From: the human T2T-CHM13v2.0 reference genome, Homo sapiens
Reading direction: 5' to 3' (one strand)
DNA: 64,000 bases
Assembly (NCBI RefSeq): GCF_009914755.1
Contig: NC_060930.1
The notes under the pieces: model-generated
Seen by the model: only the letters and a program-made list of their open reading frames with translations
What the model was told of the DNA's origin: nothing
The model's database searches: none
Translations under genes and position numbers: made by a program
In this document: piece by piece, positions 27,637-40,901 of the stretch
Layout: each line of letters starts with the position of its first letter
Position numbering within the stretch: position 1 is the first letter of the stretch

Positions 27637-28378
27637 AAATATATATTTTTATATTATATATAAAAATATATATTTATGTAATATACATTATAAATATATA
27701 ATATATAACATAATATATGATATATTATATATTTATATAATATATAATATAATATATTATATATTATATAATATGTAATATAATATATTATATATTTATA
27801 TAATATGTAATATAATATATCATATATTATATATTTATATAATATAAATATTATATAATTATATAATTATATATTTATATAATATAAATATTATATAATT
27901 ATATAATTATATAATTATATAATATAAATATTATATAATTATATATTTATATAATATAAATATTATATAATTATATATTATATATTATATATATTACATA
28001 TATAATATATAATATATATAATATACATTATCTATATAATTATATTATATTATAATATAAATATATAATATAAATATATATTTACATTATATTATATTTA
28101 CATATATATTTATAATTATATATTATATGTTATATTATATATTACTATATTTTATATTATATTTATATATTTATATATAAATCTATTTATTTATTTTTAT
28201 TTATTTATTTATTATATATTTATATTATATCTTTATATATTATAATATAAATATATAAAATATATATAAATATAATATATATTATATTTATATATTATAT
28301 ATTTATATTATAATATATATTTATATTATAATATATATTTGTATATTTATATTATATTACATATTATATATATATATA
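27637..28378. repeat. ~740-bp almost pure A/T low-complexity / minisatellite tract
   Basis: Very few G/C; internal near-tandem units such as ATATTATATAATTATATAATTATATATTTATATAATATAA repeated ~3x at ~27840-27975; abuts the tail end of an antisense AluJ. Confidence 0.95.
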
Positions 28379-28667
28379 GAGAGAGAGTCTCATTCTGTCA
28401 CTTAAGCTGGAGAGTCGTGGCACAATTATGGCTCAATGAAGCCTTGCAACATTGACCTCCTGGGCTCAAGTGATTCTCGCACATCAGCCTGCTGAGTAGC
28501 TAGGACTACAGGCATACAACACCAAGCCTGGCTCATTTTTGTATTTTTTGTAGAGATGGGATTTTGCCACGTTGCCCAGGCTGGTCTTAAACTCCTAGCT
28601 CGAACGATCTTCTTGCCTTGGCCTCCCAAAGTGCTGAAATTACAGACATGAACCACTGTGCCTGGTC
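28379..28667 (-). mobile_element. AluJ (Jo/Jr-like)
   Basis: GACCTCCTGGGCTCAAGTGATT...TTTTTGTAGAGATGGG...GTTGCCCAGGCTGGTCTT; highly diverged dimer. Confidence 0.9.
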
Positions 28668-28669
28668 AA

Positions 28670-28800
28670 AAATAGAATTTTTTAATGCTAAGTTTATTTG
28701 GCTTGTTTTTCAAACTTTAGTTCTTCTATATAATTTTGAAAGATATCTTTACCATATTAAAATAAGCTATTGGAATTTTATTAGAATCAGACTAAAGATC
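28670..28800 (-). mobile_element. Old L1 ORF2 fragment (probable continuation of the L1ME-type element)
   Basis: TTCTATATAATTTTGAAAG...AAGCTATTGGAATTTTATTAGAATC...AAAGATC resembles antisense ORF2 (CCATATAAATTTTAGAAT...GGGATTTTGATTGGGATTGCATTGAATCTATAGATC). Confidence 0.4.
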
Positions 28801-31800
28801 TGGAGAAGCAAGATGGCTGACCCTTTAGCAGTCATTCCCCATGCAGGAACACCAAATCGAACAATTATCCACACAAGAAATCACACTCATAAGAACCAAA
28901 CATCAGGTTAGTGATCACAACACCTGATTTAAATGTCATATTGCTGAGAGAGGCACTGAAGAGGGCAGGAAAGGCAGTCTTGAATTGCCAATTCCACCTC
29001 TACCTCAACCCCCTGCAGCAGCCACATGGTGGGAAGAGAAAATCTGTTCACTTGAGAAAGGGAGAGTGCAGTCATTGTGCACTTTGCATTGAAACTCACC
29101 ACTGCCCTGTCACAACAGAAAGCAAAACCAGGCAGAACTCAGCCAACACCCATGCACAGAGGGAGGATTTAGACTCACCCTAGTCGGAGGAAAATTAACC
29201 ATCAGCAATCAGAACCTGAGTTCCTACAAGTCTCACCACCATCAGTTAAAGGGCTCTGGAGTTCTGAATAAACTTGAAGGACTGTCTAGGCCATAAGCAC
29301 TGCAATTCTGGGGCAAGTCCTGGTGCTGTGCTGGGTTTGGAGCCAGTGGACTTGCAGTGCAAACCACCTAGTGAGACACCAGCCAGGGCAGCCAAGGGAG
29401 TATTCACATCATCCCTCTCCCAACCTGAGGCAGCAGAGCTCACAGCTCTGAAAGAGATTCCTTCCTTCTGCTTGAGAAGAGGAGAGGAGAGAATAAAGAG
29501 GACTTTGTCTTGCAGCTTGGATACCAGCTGAATCACAATACAGTAGAGCACCAGGCAGAGTACTGAGGCACTCATTCCAGGCCCTAGTTCCCATGAGACA
29601 TTTCTTGATAGACTGTGGGCCAGAAGGAAACACACTTTCTTGAAGGGAAGGACTTGTTTCTGGCAGTATCTATCATCTGCTGACTGAAGAGTCTTTAGGC
29701 TTTGAATAAACGTCAATAGCAGCCAGGCAATACTCACCGCAGGCTTTGGGTGAAACCCAGTGGTGTGCTGGCTTAAGGTGTGACACAGCACATTCCTAGA
29801 TGTGGTGGCCAAGGGGAGACACCCCTTCTGCTGGGGGAAAGGAGAGAAAAGGATTAAAGGGGACTTTGTCTTGCAGCTTGGGTACCAGCTTGGCCACAGC
29901 AGTGTAGAGTAACAAGGAGTTTCCTGGGGTCCCTGATTCTAGGCCTTCACTCCTGCACCACATTGCTTGACCTGCCCTAGGCCAGAGGGAAGCCCACTGC
30001 TCTGAAGGAAAAGACACAAGCCTGGCAGCATTCACCACAAACTGACTGAAGAACCCTTGGACCTTGAGTAAACATCGGTGGTAACCAATTAGTACTCACC
30101 ATGAGCCTGAGGCAGTAGTGCACATGGGAAGAGACCCCTTCTGCTTGAGGAAAGAAAAGGGAAGAGCAGGAAGGACTTTGTCTTGTGGCTTGGGTGGCAG
30201 CTCAGCCACCGTATAATAGAGTACCAAGTAGATACCTCTAGTTCCTGACTCAAGGCCCTGGCTCCCAGATGGCATTTTTGGAACAATCCTGATCTTGGGG
30301 GTGAGCTCATCACTCTAAAGGGAAGGAAACAAGTTGGGCTATATTTGCCACCTACTGACTAAAGAGACTTTGGGCTGTAAATGGGCATTGGCAGCAGGCA
30401 GGCAGTGGTGGCCATGGGCCTTGGGTAATACCCTTCCAGTACTTGAAAAGCCTTCCCAAGGAGGACAGGTACAAATAAGCCCAGATGGCAAAGAGTACAA
30501 TAAATACCTAATTATTTGATTCCTAGATATTGATGAACATTCAGAACCATCAAGAACAGAAAGAAAAACATGACCTCACCAAACAAACTAAATAATGTAC
30601 CAGTGACCAATTCTAGAGAGACTGAGATATGTGATCTTTCAGACAGAACTCACAATAGCTGCTCTGAGGAAGACCAAAGAAATTCAAAATAACACAGTAA
30701 AGGAATTCAGAATCCTGTCAGGTAAATTTAATGAAGAGGTTGAAATAATTTTTAAAAGTCAAGCAGAAATTTTGGAGCTAAAAATTCAACTGACATACTG
30801 AAGAATGCATTAGAGTCTCAAAACAGCAGAATTTACCAAGCAAAAAGAATTCCTGAGCTTGAAGGCAGGGTATTTGAAAATACAAAGTCAGACACAAAAG
30901 TAAAAACAGTAATTATTAAAAAAAAAATGAAGCACACATACAAGATGAGAAAATAGCCTCCAAAAGGCAAATCTAAGAGGTATTCACCTTAGAGAGGAGG
31001 GAGAGAGAGAGAGAGAGGGAGATTGAAATAGAAAGTTTATTTAAAGGGATAATAATAAGATAACTTCTCAAACCTAGAGAAAGATATCAATATTAAAGTA
31101 AAAAAGATTCTAGAATATGTAGCAGATTTAACCCAAATAAGACTACCTCAAGACATTTAATAATCAAACTCCTAAAGGTCAAGAATAAAGAAAGAACCCT
31201 GAAAGCACCAGAAAAAAGAAAGAAATAGTATACAAAGGAGCTTAGGTACACCTGACAGAAGACTTCTCAGTCTTCTGAAGCCAGAAGAGAGTGACATGAC
31301 GTATTTAAAGTGCTGAAGAAAAAAATATATATATATATACTTTTATCCTAGAATAGTATATCCAGTAAAAATATTCTTCAAACATAAAAGACTTTCCCAA
31401 TCAAGTAAAAGCTGGGGGATTTCATTAGCATCAGACCTGTCCTACAAGAAATGCTAAAGGAAGTTCTTCGATCTGAAAGGAGAAATGTTAATGAACAAGT
31501 ATCAGTCATCTGAATGAACAAAATTCATTGATAATAGTAAGTACACAGAAAACCACAGAATATTATAGCACTGCAATTGTGGTATGTAAACTACTCACAA
31601 CTTCAGTAGAAAGACTGAAAAATGAACCTATAAAAAACAATAACTACAACAACTTTTCACTACATAGACAGTATAAGACATAAAGAGTAACAATAAAAAG
31701 TTAAAAAGCAGGAGGGATGAAGTTAAAGTGTAGAGTTTTTATTAGTTTTCTCTGTGTTTGTTTTTGAAATCAGTGTTAAGTTGTCATCAGTTTAAAACAA

Positions 31801-32039
31801 TGGGTTATAAGATGTTATTTGCAAGCCTCATGGTAACCTCAAATCAAAAAAACTACAACAGACACACAAAGAATAAAAGCAAGAAGTTAAAACATTAAAT
31901 TTTGGAATTTTGGAAACTATAAAAATTAAAACCAGAGAAAATCACCATCACAAAATGGAAGATAGCAAGAAGGAAGGAAGGAAGGAAGGAAGGAAGGAAG
32001 GAAGGAAGGAAGGAAGGAAGGAAGGAAGGAAGGAAGGAA

Positions 32040-32103
<64 letters not shown>

Positions 32104-35100
32104 GAAGAAAGAAGGAGAAAACAACAAAATGACAGGAGTAACTCCTTACTTATCAATAATAACACTGACTGTAAATGAACTAAAATAAAGAGATAGAAAA
32201 AAGATATTCCACGCAAACGGAAACCAAAATAGTGGAAGTAACTATACTTATATCAGACATAATATATTTCGAGACAAAACCTATAAAAAGAGACAAAATA
32301 CCATTATATAATAATAGAGGAGTCAACTCAGCAAGCGAATACACAAATTGTTATTATATGTGCACCCAACACTGGAGCACCCAGATATATAAAGCAAATA
32401 TTATTAGTGCTAAAGAAGGAGATAGACTCCAATACAGTAATAGCTGGAGACTTCAGCATTGGACAGATCTTCCAAACAAAAAAATGAACCAACAAATATC
32501 AGACTTAATCTGCACTGTGGACCAAATTGACCCAATAGGTATTTACAGAACATTTCCTCCAATGGCTACAGAACACATATTCATCTCTTCAGCACATAGA
32601 TTATTCTCAAGGATAGATCATATGTTAGGTCACAAAACAAGTCTCAAAAAATTCAAAAACATTTAAATCCTATCAATTATCTTCTTTGACCAACCAACAT
32701 GGAATAAAACTAGAAATCAATAAAAAGAGGAATTTTGGAAACTATACAAACACATGGAAAATAAGCAGTATGCTCCTGCATGACCAGTGGGTCAATGAAG
32801 AAATTAAAAAGAAAACTGAAAATTTTCTTAAAATAAATGATAATGGAAACACAACATACCAAAACCTGTGAGATACAAGGAAAGCAAGTACTGTGATGTA
32901 AGTTTATAGTAATAAGCACGTACAGCAAAAAAATAGAAAAACTTTAAATAAACAACCTAATAATGCATTTTAAAGAATTTGATAAATACAAGCAAACCAA
33001 ACCAAAAATTAGTAGAAGGAAAGAAATAGTAAAGATAACAGCAGAAATAAATGAAATTCAAATGAAAAACAGAATGGAATGAAAATTGGTGTTTTGAAAA
33101 GATAAACAAAATTGACAAACCTTGAGCCAGAATACCTACAAAAAGAGAGAAGAAATACACAAATAAAATCAGAGATGAAAAATGAGACATTACAATTGAT
33201 ACCGCAGAAAATCAAAGGATCATTAGAGACTATCATGGGCAACTATATGCCAATAAATGGGAAAATTTAGAAGAAATGGATAAATTCCTAAACATATACA
33301 GCCTACAAAGAATGAAACACTAAGAAATTAAAAACCTGAAGAGACAAATAAGAAGTAATGAGGTTGAAACCATAATAAAAAGCCTGCCAGCAAAGAAAAG
33401 CCTAGCAACCAATGGCTTTACAGCTGAATTTTAATGAGCATTTAGGAAACTAATACCAATCCCACTCCAACTGTTCCAAAAATTAGAGGAGGAGGCAATA
33501 CTTCCAAACTCGTTCAATGAGTTCAGCATTACCCTGATACCAAAACTAGACAGACATATCAAAAAGAAAACTACCCGCCAATATCCCTGATGAATAGTGA
33601 TGCAAAAATCTTCAACAAAATACTATCAAACCAAATTCAACAACATATTAAAAAGATCATTCATCATGACTAAGTAGGATTTATCTCAGTGATGCATGTA
33701 TGGTTTAGCATATGCAAATAAATCAATGTGATACTTCATATCAACAGAATAAAGAGAAAAAAAACCACATGATCCTTTTCAATTGATGCTGAAAAATCAC
33801 TTGATGAAATTCAATATTCCTTCATGATAAAAGCCCTCAAAAAATTGGGGTTAGAAGGAACATACTTCAACACAAGAAAAGCCGTGTACAACAGACACAC
33901 AGCTAGTGTTGTACTGAATGGGAAAAAATTGAAAGTCTTTCCTCTGTTCCGGGAAAAGATAAGAATTTCCACTTTCACCACCATGATTCAATATATTCCT
34001 GGAAGTCTTAGCTTGGGCAATCAGAAAAGAGAAAGAAATAAAGAGCATCCAAATTGGAAAGAAGGAATTCAAATTATCCTTGGTTGCCAATAATATGATC
34101 TTATATTTGGAAAAACCTGAAGACTCCACCAAAAGCCATTGTAACTGATAAACAGATTCAATAAAGTTACAGAATACAAAATCAACATTCAAAAATCAGT
34201 AGCATTTATACATGCCAAGAGGGAAGTATCTGAAAAAGAAATCAAGAAAATAATCTCATTTACAATGGCTAAAAATAAAATAAAATACCTAGGAATAAAC
34301 TTAACCAAAGAAGCAAAAGATCTCTACAATGAGAACCATAAACTACTGATGCAAAAAATTGAGGACATGAAAAAAATGAAAAGGTATTCTGTGTTTATGA
34401 ATTAGAAGAAACAATATTGTCAAAATGTCCATACTACCCAAAGCAATCTACAGATTCAATGCATCCCTATAAAATACCAATGATGTTCTTCAAAGAAATA
34501 GAAAAAATCCTAAAATTTCTAAGGAACAAAAAAGAAACCAGAATAGTCAAAGCCATCCTGAGCAAAAAGAAAAAAACCAGAGGAATAACATTACCTGACT
34601 TCAAATTATACTACAGATACTACAGAGCTATAGTAACCAAAACAGTATGGTACTGGCAAAACAAAAACAAAAATCAAACAAACCACCCCACCCCCCAACA
34701 AAAAAAAAAACCCACATAGACCAATGGAAAAGAATAGAGAAGCCAGATAGAAATTCATACATCTATAGGGAACTCATTTTTAATACAGATGCCAAGAATA
34801 TACACTGGGGAAAGGACAATCTCTTCAATAGATGGTGCTAGGAAAACTGGATTTCCTTATGCAGAAGAATGAAACTAGATCCCTATCTCTCACCGTATAC
34901 AAAAATCAAATCAAAATGGATTAAAGACTTAAATATAAGACCCTAAACTCTGAAACTATTACAATAAAACATTGAGGAAACTCCAGAACATTTGTCTGGA
35001 CAAACATATTTTGAGTGATAACCCACAAGCACACTCAACCAAGGCAAAAATTGACAAATGGGATCACATCAAGTTAAAAAGCTTCTGCACAGCAAAGGAA

Positions 35101-36032
35101 ACAACAAACAAAATGAAGAGACAACCCACAGAAAGAGAGAAAATATTTTCAAACTATCCATCTGACCAAAGATTGATAACCAGAATATATAAAGAGCTCA
35201 AACAACTCTATAGGAAAATATCTAGCATTTCAATAAAAAAATGGGCAAATGATTTGAATAGACATTTCTCGAAGGAAGATATACAAATAATAAGCAGGCA
35301 TATGAAAAGGTGCTCAACATCATTGTTCATCAGAGAAATGCAAATCAAAACCACAATGAAACATCATCTCACCCCAGTTAAAATGGCTTATATCCAGAAG
35401 ACAGGCAATAACAAATGCTGGCGAGGATATGGGGAAAAGGGAACACTTGCACACTGAGAATGTAAATTAATATAACCCCTATAGAGAACAGTTTGGAAGT
35501 TCCTCACAAAACTAAAAATATAGCTACCATATGATCCTGCAATCCTGCAGCTGGGTATATACCCAAAAGAAAAGAAATCAGTATATGGGAGAGATATCCA
35601 CTCTCTCATATTTCTCGCAGCACTGTTCACAATAGCTAAACTTTGGAAGCAACCTAAGCGTCCATCAATAGATGAATGGATAAAGAAAACATGGTACTTA
35701 TACACAATTGAGCAGTTTTCTGCTATAAAAAACAATGAGATCCTGTCATTTGCAACAACGTGGATGGAACTGGAACTAATTATGTTAAGTGAAATAAGCC
35801 AGGCACAGAAAGACAAATTTCACATGTTCTCACACATGTGTTGGAGCTAAAAATTGAACCCTTGGAGATAGAGAATAGAATGATGGTTATCAGAGTCTGG
35901 AAAGGGTAGTAGGGGACAAAGGGAAGTGGGGATGGTTAATGACCACAAAAATGTAGTTAGATAGAATGAATAGGATCCAGTATTTGATAGCACAACAGGG
36001 TGATTACAGTCAACAATATTTTAATGTACATT
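28801..36032 (+). mobile_element. Near-full-length L1MA2/L1MA3-like LINE-1 (~7.2 kb), lacking its last part of 3'UTR and polyA
   Basis: 5' GGAGAAGCAAGATGGCTG; long GC-richer 5'UTR with three internal repeats; decayed ORF1 (~30570-31490); ORF2 from ATG 32129 (MTGVTPYLSIITLTVN); 3'UTR GATAGAATGAATAGGATCCAGTATTTGATAGCACAACAGGGTGA of L1MA2/3 type. Confidence 0.88.
31969..32118. repeat. Compound microsatellite (GGAA)17-(GAAA)15
   Basis: 17 consecutive GGAA units at 31972-32039 and 15 GAAA units at 32042-32101, in the L1MA inter-ORF spacer. Confidence 0.97.
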
Positions 36033-36034
36033 AG

Positions 36035-37540
36035 TTGTTAGTTATTCTTCCTATGAATGTAAGCTGTTTTGTCACATTCCTGGCAGCTTTGATAATTTTC
36101 TTTACTGTTCTGCAGGTTCATGTGTGTAGGCATAGACTTTTGTTTATTTATCTTGCTTTGGAAATTTTAAGATTCATTTATTCTACGTTGGGATTTTCAT
36201 TTCTTTTATTTCTGAAAATGTCTAATTGCTTGATGCCTGAAGTTCCAGACCAGACTGGGCCAGGATAACAAGACCTTGGCTCTCCAAAAAAAAAAAAAAA
36301 ATTAGCTAGACATGATGGTGTGCCTGTAGTCCCAGCTACTCCAAGGCTGAAGCAGGAGAATCACTTGAGCCTTGAAGTTACAGATTGCAGTGAACTATGA
36401 TCATGCCACTGCACTCCAGCCTGGGTGAAACAAGACCTTGTCTCAAAAAAAAAAAAGAAGCTTCTGTTACTTATTCTTAATCTCTCTAATATTTTTTTGA
36501 ATTCAATTTGATGAATGCGTGAATGTTAGAACTTTTCAATCTGCATGTTTCCTAACCTGTCTTACATAGTTTTTTAATCTTTATCTTTCTGTTTTGCATT
36601 CTGGATATATCTCTCCTGATTTATTTTTATTGCATTAATTTTCCCTTCATTGCATCTGATTTTGGGTTTAGCCTAAACTTTGTGTTTTATATATATGTAT
36701 TTTTTTTCCAAAAGTTCTATAACGTTCTTTTATTCAGTTCTACTTGATAATTTTGGTTGAGTCTTATCACTTAGTCATAATTTTGATACATTTTTTATTT
36801 CTTTAAACATATTTAGCAAGCTTATTTAATACTCTGTGATGACAATTCTGATATCTGCAGTTTTCTCATTCTGTAGTTTGTGATTTTGTTGACCCTTACA
36901 GAAGCTTATTTCTTTCCTCATGTGTCTTATGAATTTTTGTTGTTGTTTTTGAGAAATCATGTTCCTTAGAATTTTGTTTTGGGATTACCTTGAGGATAAT
37001 ATTGAGCGTGTTTTCTCTCCAGTGATTTGCATATACTTTTATTTGGATTTGAGGATCCATTTAAAATAAGTTTTCTGGTTTGAGGTTTCAGGACCAATTA
37101 ATGTTATTCTAGTTCCCAACCCAGGAAAAGTGGTTACGAATTCTCAAGAGAGGTTTTCTGTTTTGTTTTATTTTGTTTTTTGGGTTTTTTTTTCTGTATT
37201 CTCTATCCATCCAAAGGCAAAGATCCCTTAATATTTCCCAACTAAATGATAGGTTTTCTCACTTCAACCAAAGAGTGTGTCATTCTGTAAAGATTCTGGC
37301 TTAATTCTGAATCTCTAATTCACCTGTTCACAATACAAGTTCTAACGTTCGTCACCCACATACGGCCCTTGAAACTGAAACTCTGGGGACAAAAGGAGTC
37401 CATTGACAAGGCCCTGAGGGCAACACCTATCTAAAGTGCTTGGCAACTTCTCTAGATTTAAGCTTCTGAGAATTTCCTTAATATCTTGCTATTGGAAGGC
37501 TAATTTTAAATATTTTCTAATATTTTAGGTGGTTTTATAC
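36035..37540 (-). mobile_element. Ancient L1ME/HAL1-type ORF1/5' region, interrupted by an Alu
   Basis: T-rich antisense ORF1-like text (GGCATAGACTTTTGTTTATTTATCTTGCTTTGG; ATGTTAGAACTTTTCAATCT; TCTGTGATGACAATTCTGATATCTGCAGT). Confidence 0.55.
36224..36457 (+). mobile_element. 5'-truncated AluJ
   Basis: AATTGCTTGATGCCTGAAGTTCCAGACCAG, A-rich linker, right arm ...CACTTGAGCC...GCAGTGAACTATGATCATGCCACTGCACTCCAGCCTGGGTGA, polyA. Confidence 0.85.
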
Positions 37541-38559
37541 CAGGAAGCTGTTGGGGAATATCACACTGTCGTTTGTGCCATAGTAGAATTATTTAATTGA
37601 CCAACTGAAAGATATAGTCCTTAGAAAGAGAGACATGAAGTCAAATCAAAGCTTGGGTAGTGTATCTCCTAAAACTGAGGTCACACCACAGCAGGTACAG
37701 AGGATATCTTTTTATGTGCCATGTTTCTGAGCTATAGTCCCAATTTCAGTACTGAGTCTTCTGCACTAATAATGAACAGTGAATATCATTGGGTTCCACT
37801 CCATTTATCTATTTTCTTACATTACCAATGATTATATCTGGCACCAGGTGCAAAGAAAGGAGGTTTAGTAGTTTATCTTGGTTAGTCTAGTATATGAGCA
37901 AATCATATTAAGCAAACATAACAAACACACTCTTGAAAGAGAAACATATTCATTTGAGGTGAATTGAGAAAGAAGGAAGCAAATCAAATAGTTTGACTCC
38001 AGAGCTCATGCTTGTTGCACTGCACCATTTCTCCAAAATTACAACTTCAGAAATGGAGCTTGATTCCTAATTGGTGCATTCATAGGAATATGAACACCTG
38101 TTCATTAAAAGCAAAGATATGTATTTTAACTGACACAATTAGATTAGTTAGTAAAGCTAACTCCAAAAGTAACTCTAACATGTAATAATTTTTAAGGTTA
38201 GCATCTGAGAGTAAACACATGCTCATCTCTAATATCTACTCTAAAAAGTATCATATAATCTAAAACATATTTAGTATCTACACCTAAACATATTTACAAT
38301 GCTTTCCTCTTGAGAAAGAAAAACGACAATCTTTATGTTTCAGAAATTCTTGATACAATGAACAACAAAATTTTAAGCTGAAATCTGGAAGAAGGATCTG
38401 TGAGTCCTTCTGATTATTTTAGACATTGATCCAAAACTACTTAAAAGTTTTACCCACCCTTTCTTTATACTTAGAGTTTTGTAATTTATTTCAATTGGCA
38501 ACTAAAAAGTCCTGTAAAATCCAGTGCTTCCCAATGAAACAGACAAGGATAGTAAATGA

Positions 38560-38830
38560 CTATGCTGTAAATACAAAGATGATGGGGAACGTGTTTAGTC
38601 TATATCACCCAGATAGCGGTTTTCAAAGTACTGAACTAGTCACAATAATTTCAATTTAGAGGAAGCCAGATTCTGGAATAACATAAAAATCATCCATTAA
38701 AAGTTTTTCTATTTCCAAATGAAATCTATTTTCTCAAGAAATAATGAACTTCCCTTTCCTAGAAGTATTCACAAAGACACTGATTGTATCTCTGAGATGC
38801 TGTACCAGGTGATCTAGGGCCATGATTCTC
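38560..38830 (+). mobile_element. L3/CR1 3' fragment
   Basis: ATAATGAACTTCCCTTTCCTAGAAGTATTCACAAAGACACTG...TCTGAGATGCTGTA resembles the L3 3' end. Confidence 0.45.
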
Positions 38831-39664
38831 GTTTGTCTTTCGTAGAATCCCACCAAGTCTGCCTCCTTCCTGGTCATAGCTCCTCTTGTTGATGTTTACA
38901 GGTCTGAATGCTTCGTTTTCATTTACAGAGTCTCTGCCCTAAAAATGAATTTGTTCCAACAAGTATTTTGAGCAAAAATATAGCTTTTAACCATTCAGAC
39001 ATGGCCTCTGGGACTCAGTGGATCAAGCAGGGGATGACAGATGCAATTGGTTTGTAGAAATTTTCAAGTCTTAAGAGAATGATCTCCTAGGAAAAGCAAC
39101 ACGTCTGCTGCCGCTTTTAAAGTGACAGAGCAATAGATCTTGGGCTGCCTCGGGTACCGCCTGAAGAATCAATAAACTCTCTTTTAAGGGCCACTGATGT
39201 CTCATGAAAGGCATCCAAAAACATTCTATTTAGAATATCCATCTTATTTCTTTCTGAACAATGTAACTCCCCTACGGCTGACAAATTGAGAAAAGCTTGA
39301 TTTGTCTGTTTTAAAGGATATCTATTTTAATAGAGGACATAGAGAAGTAATTTGGAAATTCTCTTTTTAGAAGAAAGTCTTCAACTATGTTTATATAGAA
39401 AGCATGTTTATTAGGGAAACTTTTCTTTAATAAAAATAATTTTAAATTATCCAAACTCTCAGTAACATCTAAAATGTTGGTATAGTATATGAAAAGCTTT
39501 AATCAGAAATTTTATTTTTGCTATTATTAATTCAAAAATATAAAATGTATAACTATTATTCCTTTACAATAAAACATTAGAGCACATAATTGCTAAGCAA
39601 TCAAATGTTTGTTGATTATCACCCAATTCATGAATATATACACTGAAATCCCCAATTTATAAAG

Positions 39665-39770
39665 CTGCCTGCCTCAGTTTCTCATTAGAAAGTGGGAAAA
39701 ATCATACATCTTTCATAAAGTTACTGCTAAAATTAAATTATTAAAATGATAGCAAATATAAATTCTTGAT
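39665..39770 (+). mobile_element. MIR core fragment
   Basis: TGCCTCAGTTTCTCATTAGAAAGTGGGAAAAATCATACATCTTTCATAAAGTTACTG. Confidence 0.6.
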
Positions 39771-40901
39771 ACCTTGTATGTTATTAATGCCATTTTCTTG
39801 CTTGCTGAAATAAGTATACTATTTATGACTTTTAGAATTTCTGTATATTTTGTCATATATTCTTTGAGTATAACCATAAAATATCAAGTCAAAATTTCCT
39901 ATAAATTATGTTAATCTAAAAGTTTCACAACCCATATTCTTGACAGTATTTTGAAATTGCTTTACAAATTTATTTGAGTTGTCTACAGAGAATTTGAAAC
40001 TGCCTTGTCATGATGAGGTTTGTGATACTGGTAGTTAAGAATAAGTAATTTTTTATTTAAAATGTAAATTTATATACAGTAAAAGGCAAAAGAAACATAG
40101 AGAAAATAAACAAGTAAATATGAAAGGAAATAACAATATGATGCATTGAGAGATGGGGGGCAGGGGTACCACGCTGTAGAAATCTAGACTTCATATATTA
40201 ATGCTTAGAAAGCCATGTATAGGTTTTGTTTTGTAGAGCAGAGGGTAAAATTGTAATTTAAAAAACACAGGACACATGAACGTGTGTAAATATGATGTGT
40301 CCTTTAAGCATCTCTAACTTTAAAAAAAAAGCAAGCCATGTCAATACATCCCTGTTGTGTAAAGCATAAGTTTCTTATGTTCTCATAGGTTTTTTTCTCT
40401 ATCTGGTATAGTGTCAACAGGTTTGCCTACTTCTTTTGTTGTTTTAAAAATGGTGTTAATGGGGAAAATATTGAATTAAAATACCTTGAAACAATGACTT
40501 GCCTTCTAGTACCCACAGCCCTCAATATGCAGAAGATTCACAAATTTCTTTTATTAGTTTCAGAAATCATTTCAATTTGGTCTCTTCTTTAGTATAATTT
40601 TACTATATAGTTTTAAGTAAATCTACCATTTTACCAAATATTTTTAAATGCTCACAAATAGTTCAGGCATAGAGAAAGTAAATAACCTTATCTTAATACA
40701 CTTTTTTCAATGTCTTGGGTTTCTAACTGTATGTTCTGGCTGTGTTTTGCGAGTCAACTTTCATTTAGAACTTAGCATAGCTATGTTACTGAAAGTTCTT
40801 TAATAATAAGAATATTCTTAGTTATAAGAATTATATTACACTACATATTATATTTTATATTACATTATATTCTTAGTAATAAGCATATAAATACTAACAG
40901 A

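Noticed and set aside
29246-30519. Several 60-188-aa ORFs on both strands
   Set aside because: They lie in the GC-richer repeated L1MA 5'UTR and show no protein-like homology.
31910-32216. ORFs with RKEG/RKKE or FLPS/FFLS repeats
   Set aside because: Translations of the GGAA/GAAA microsatellite.
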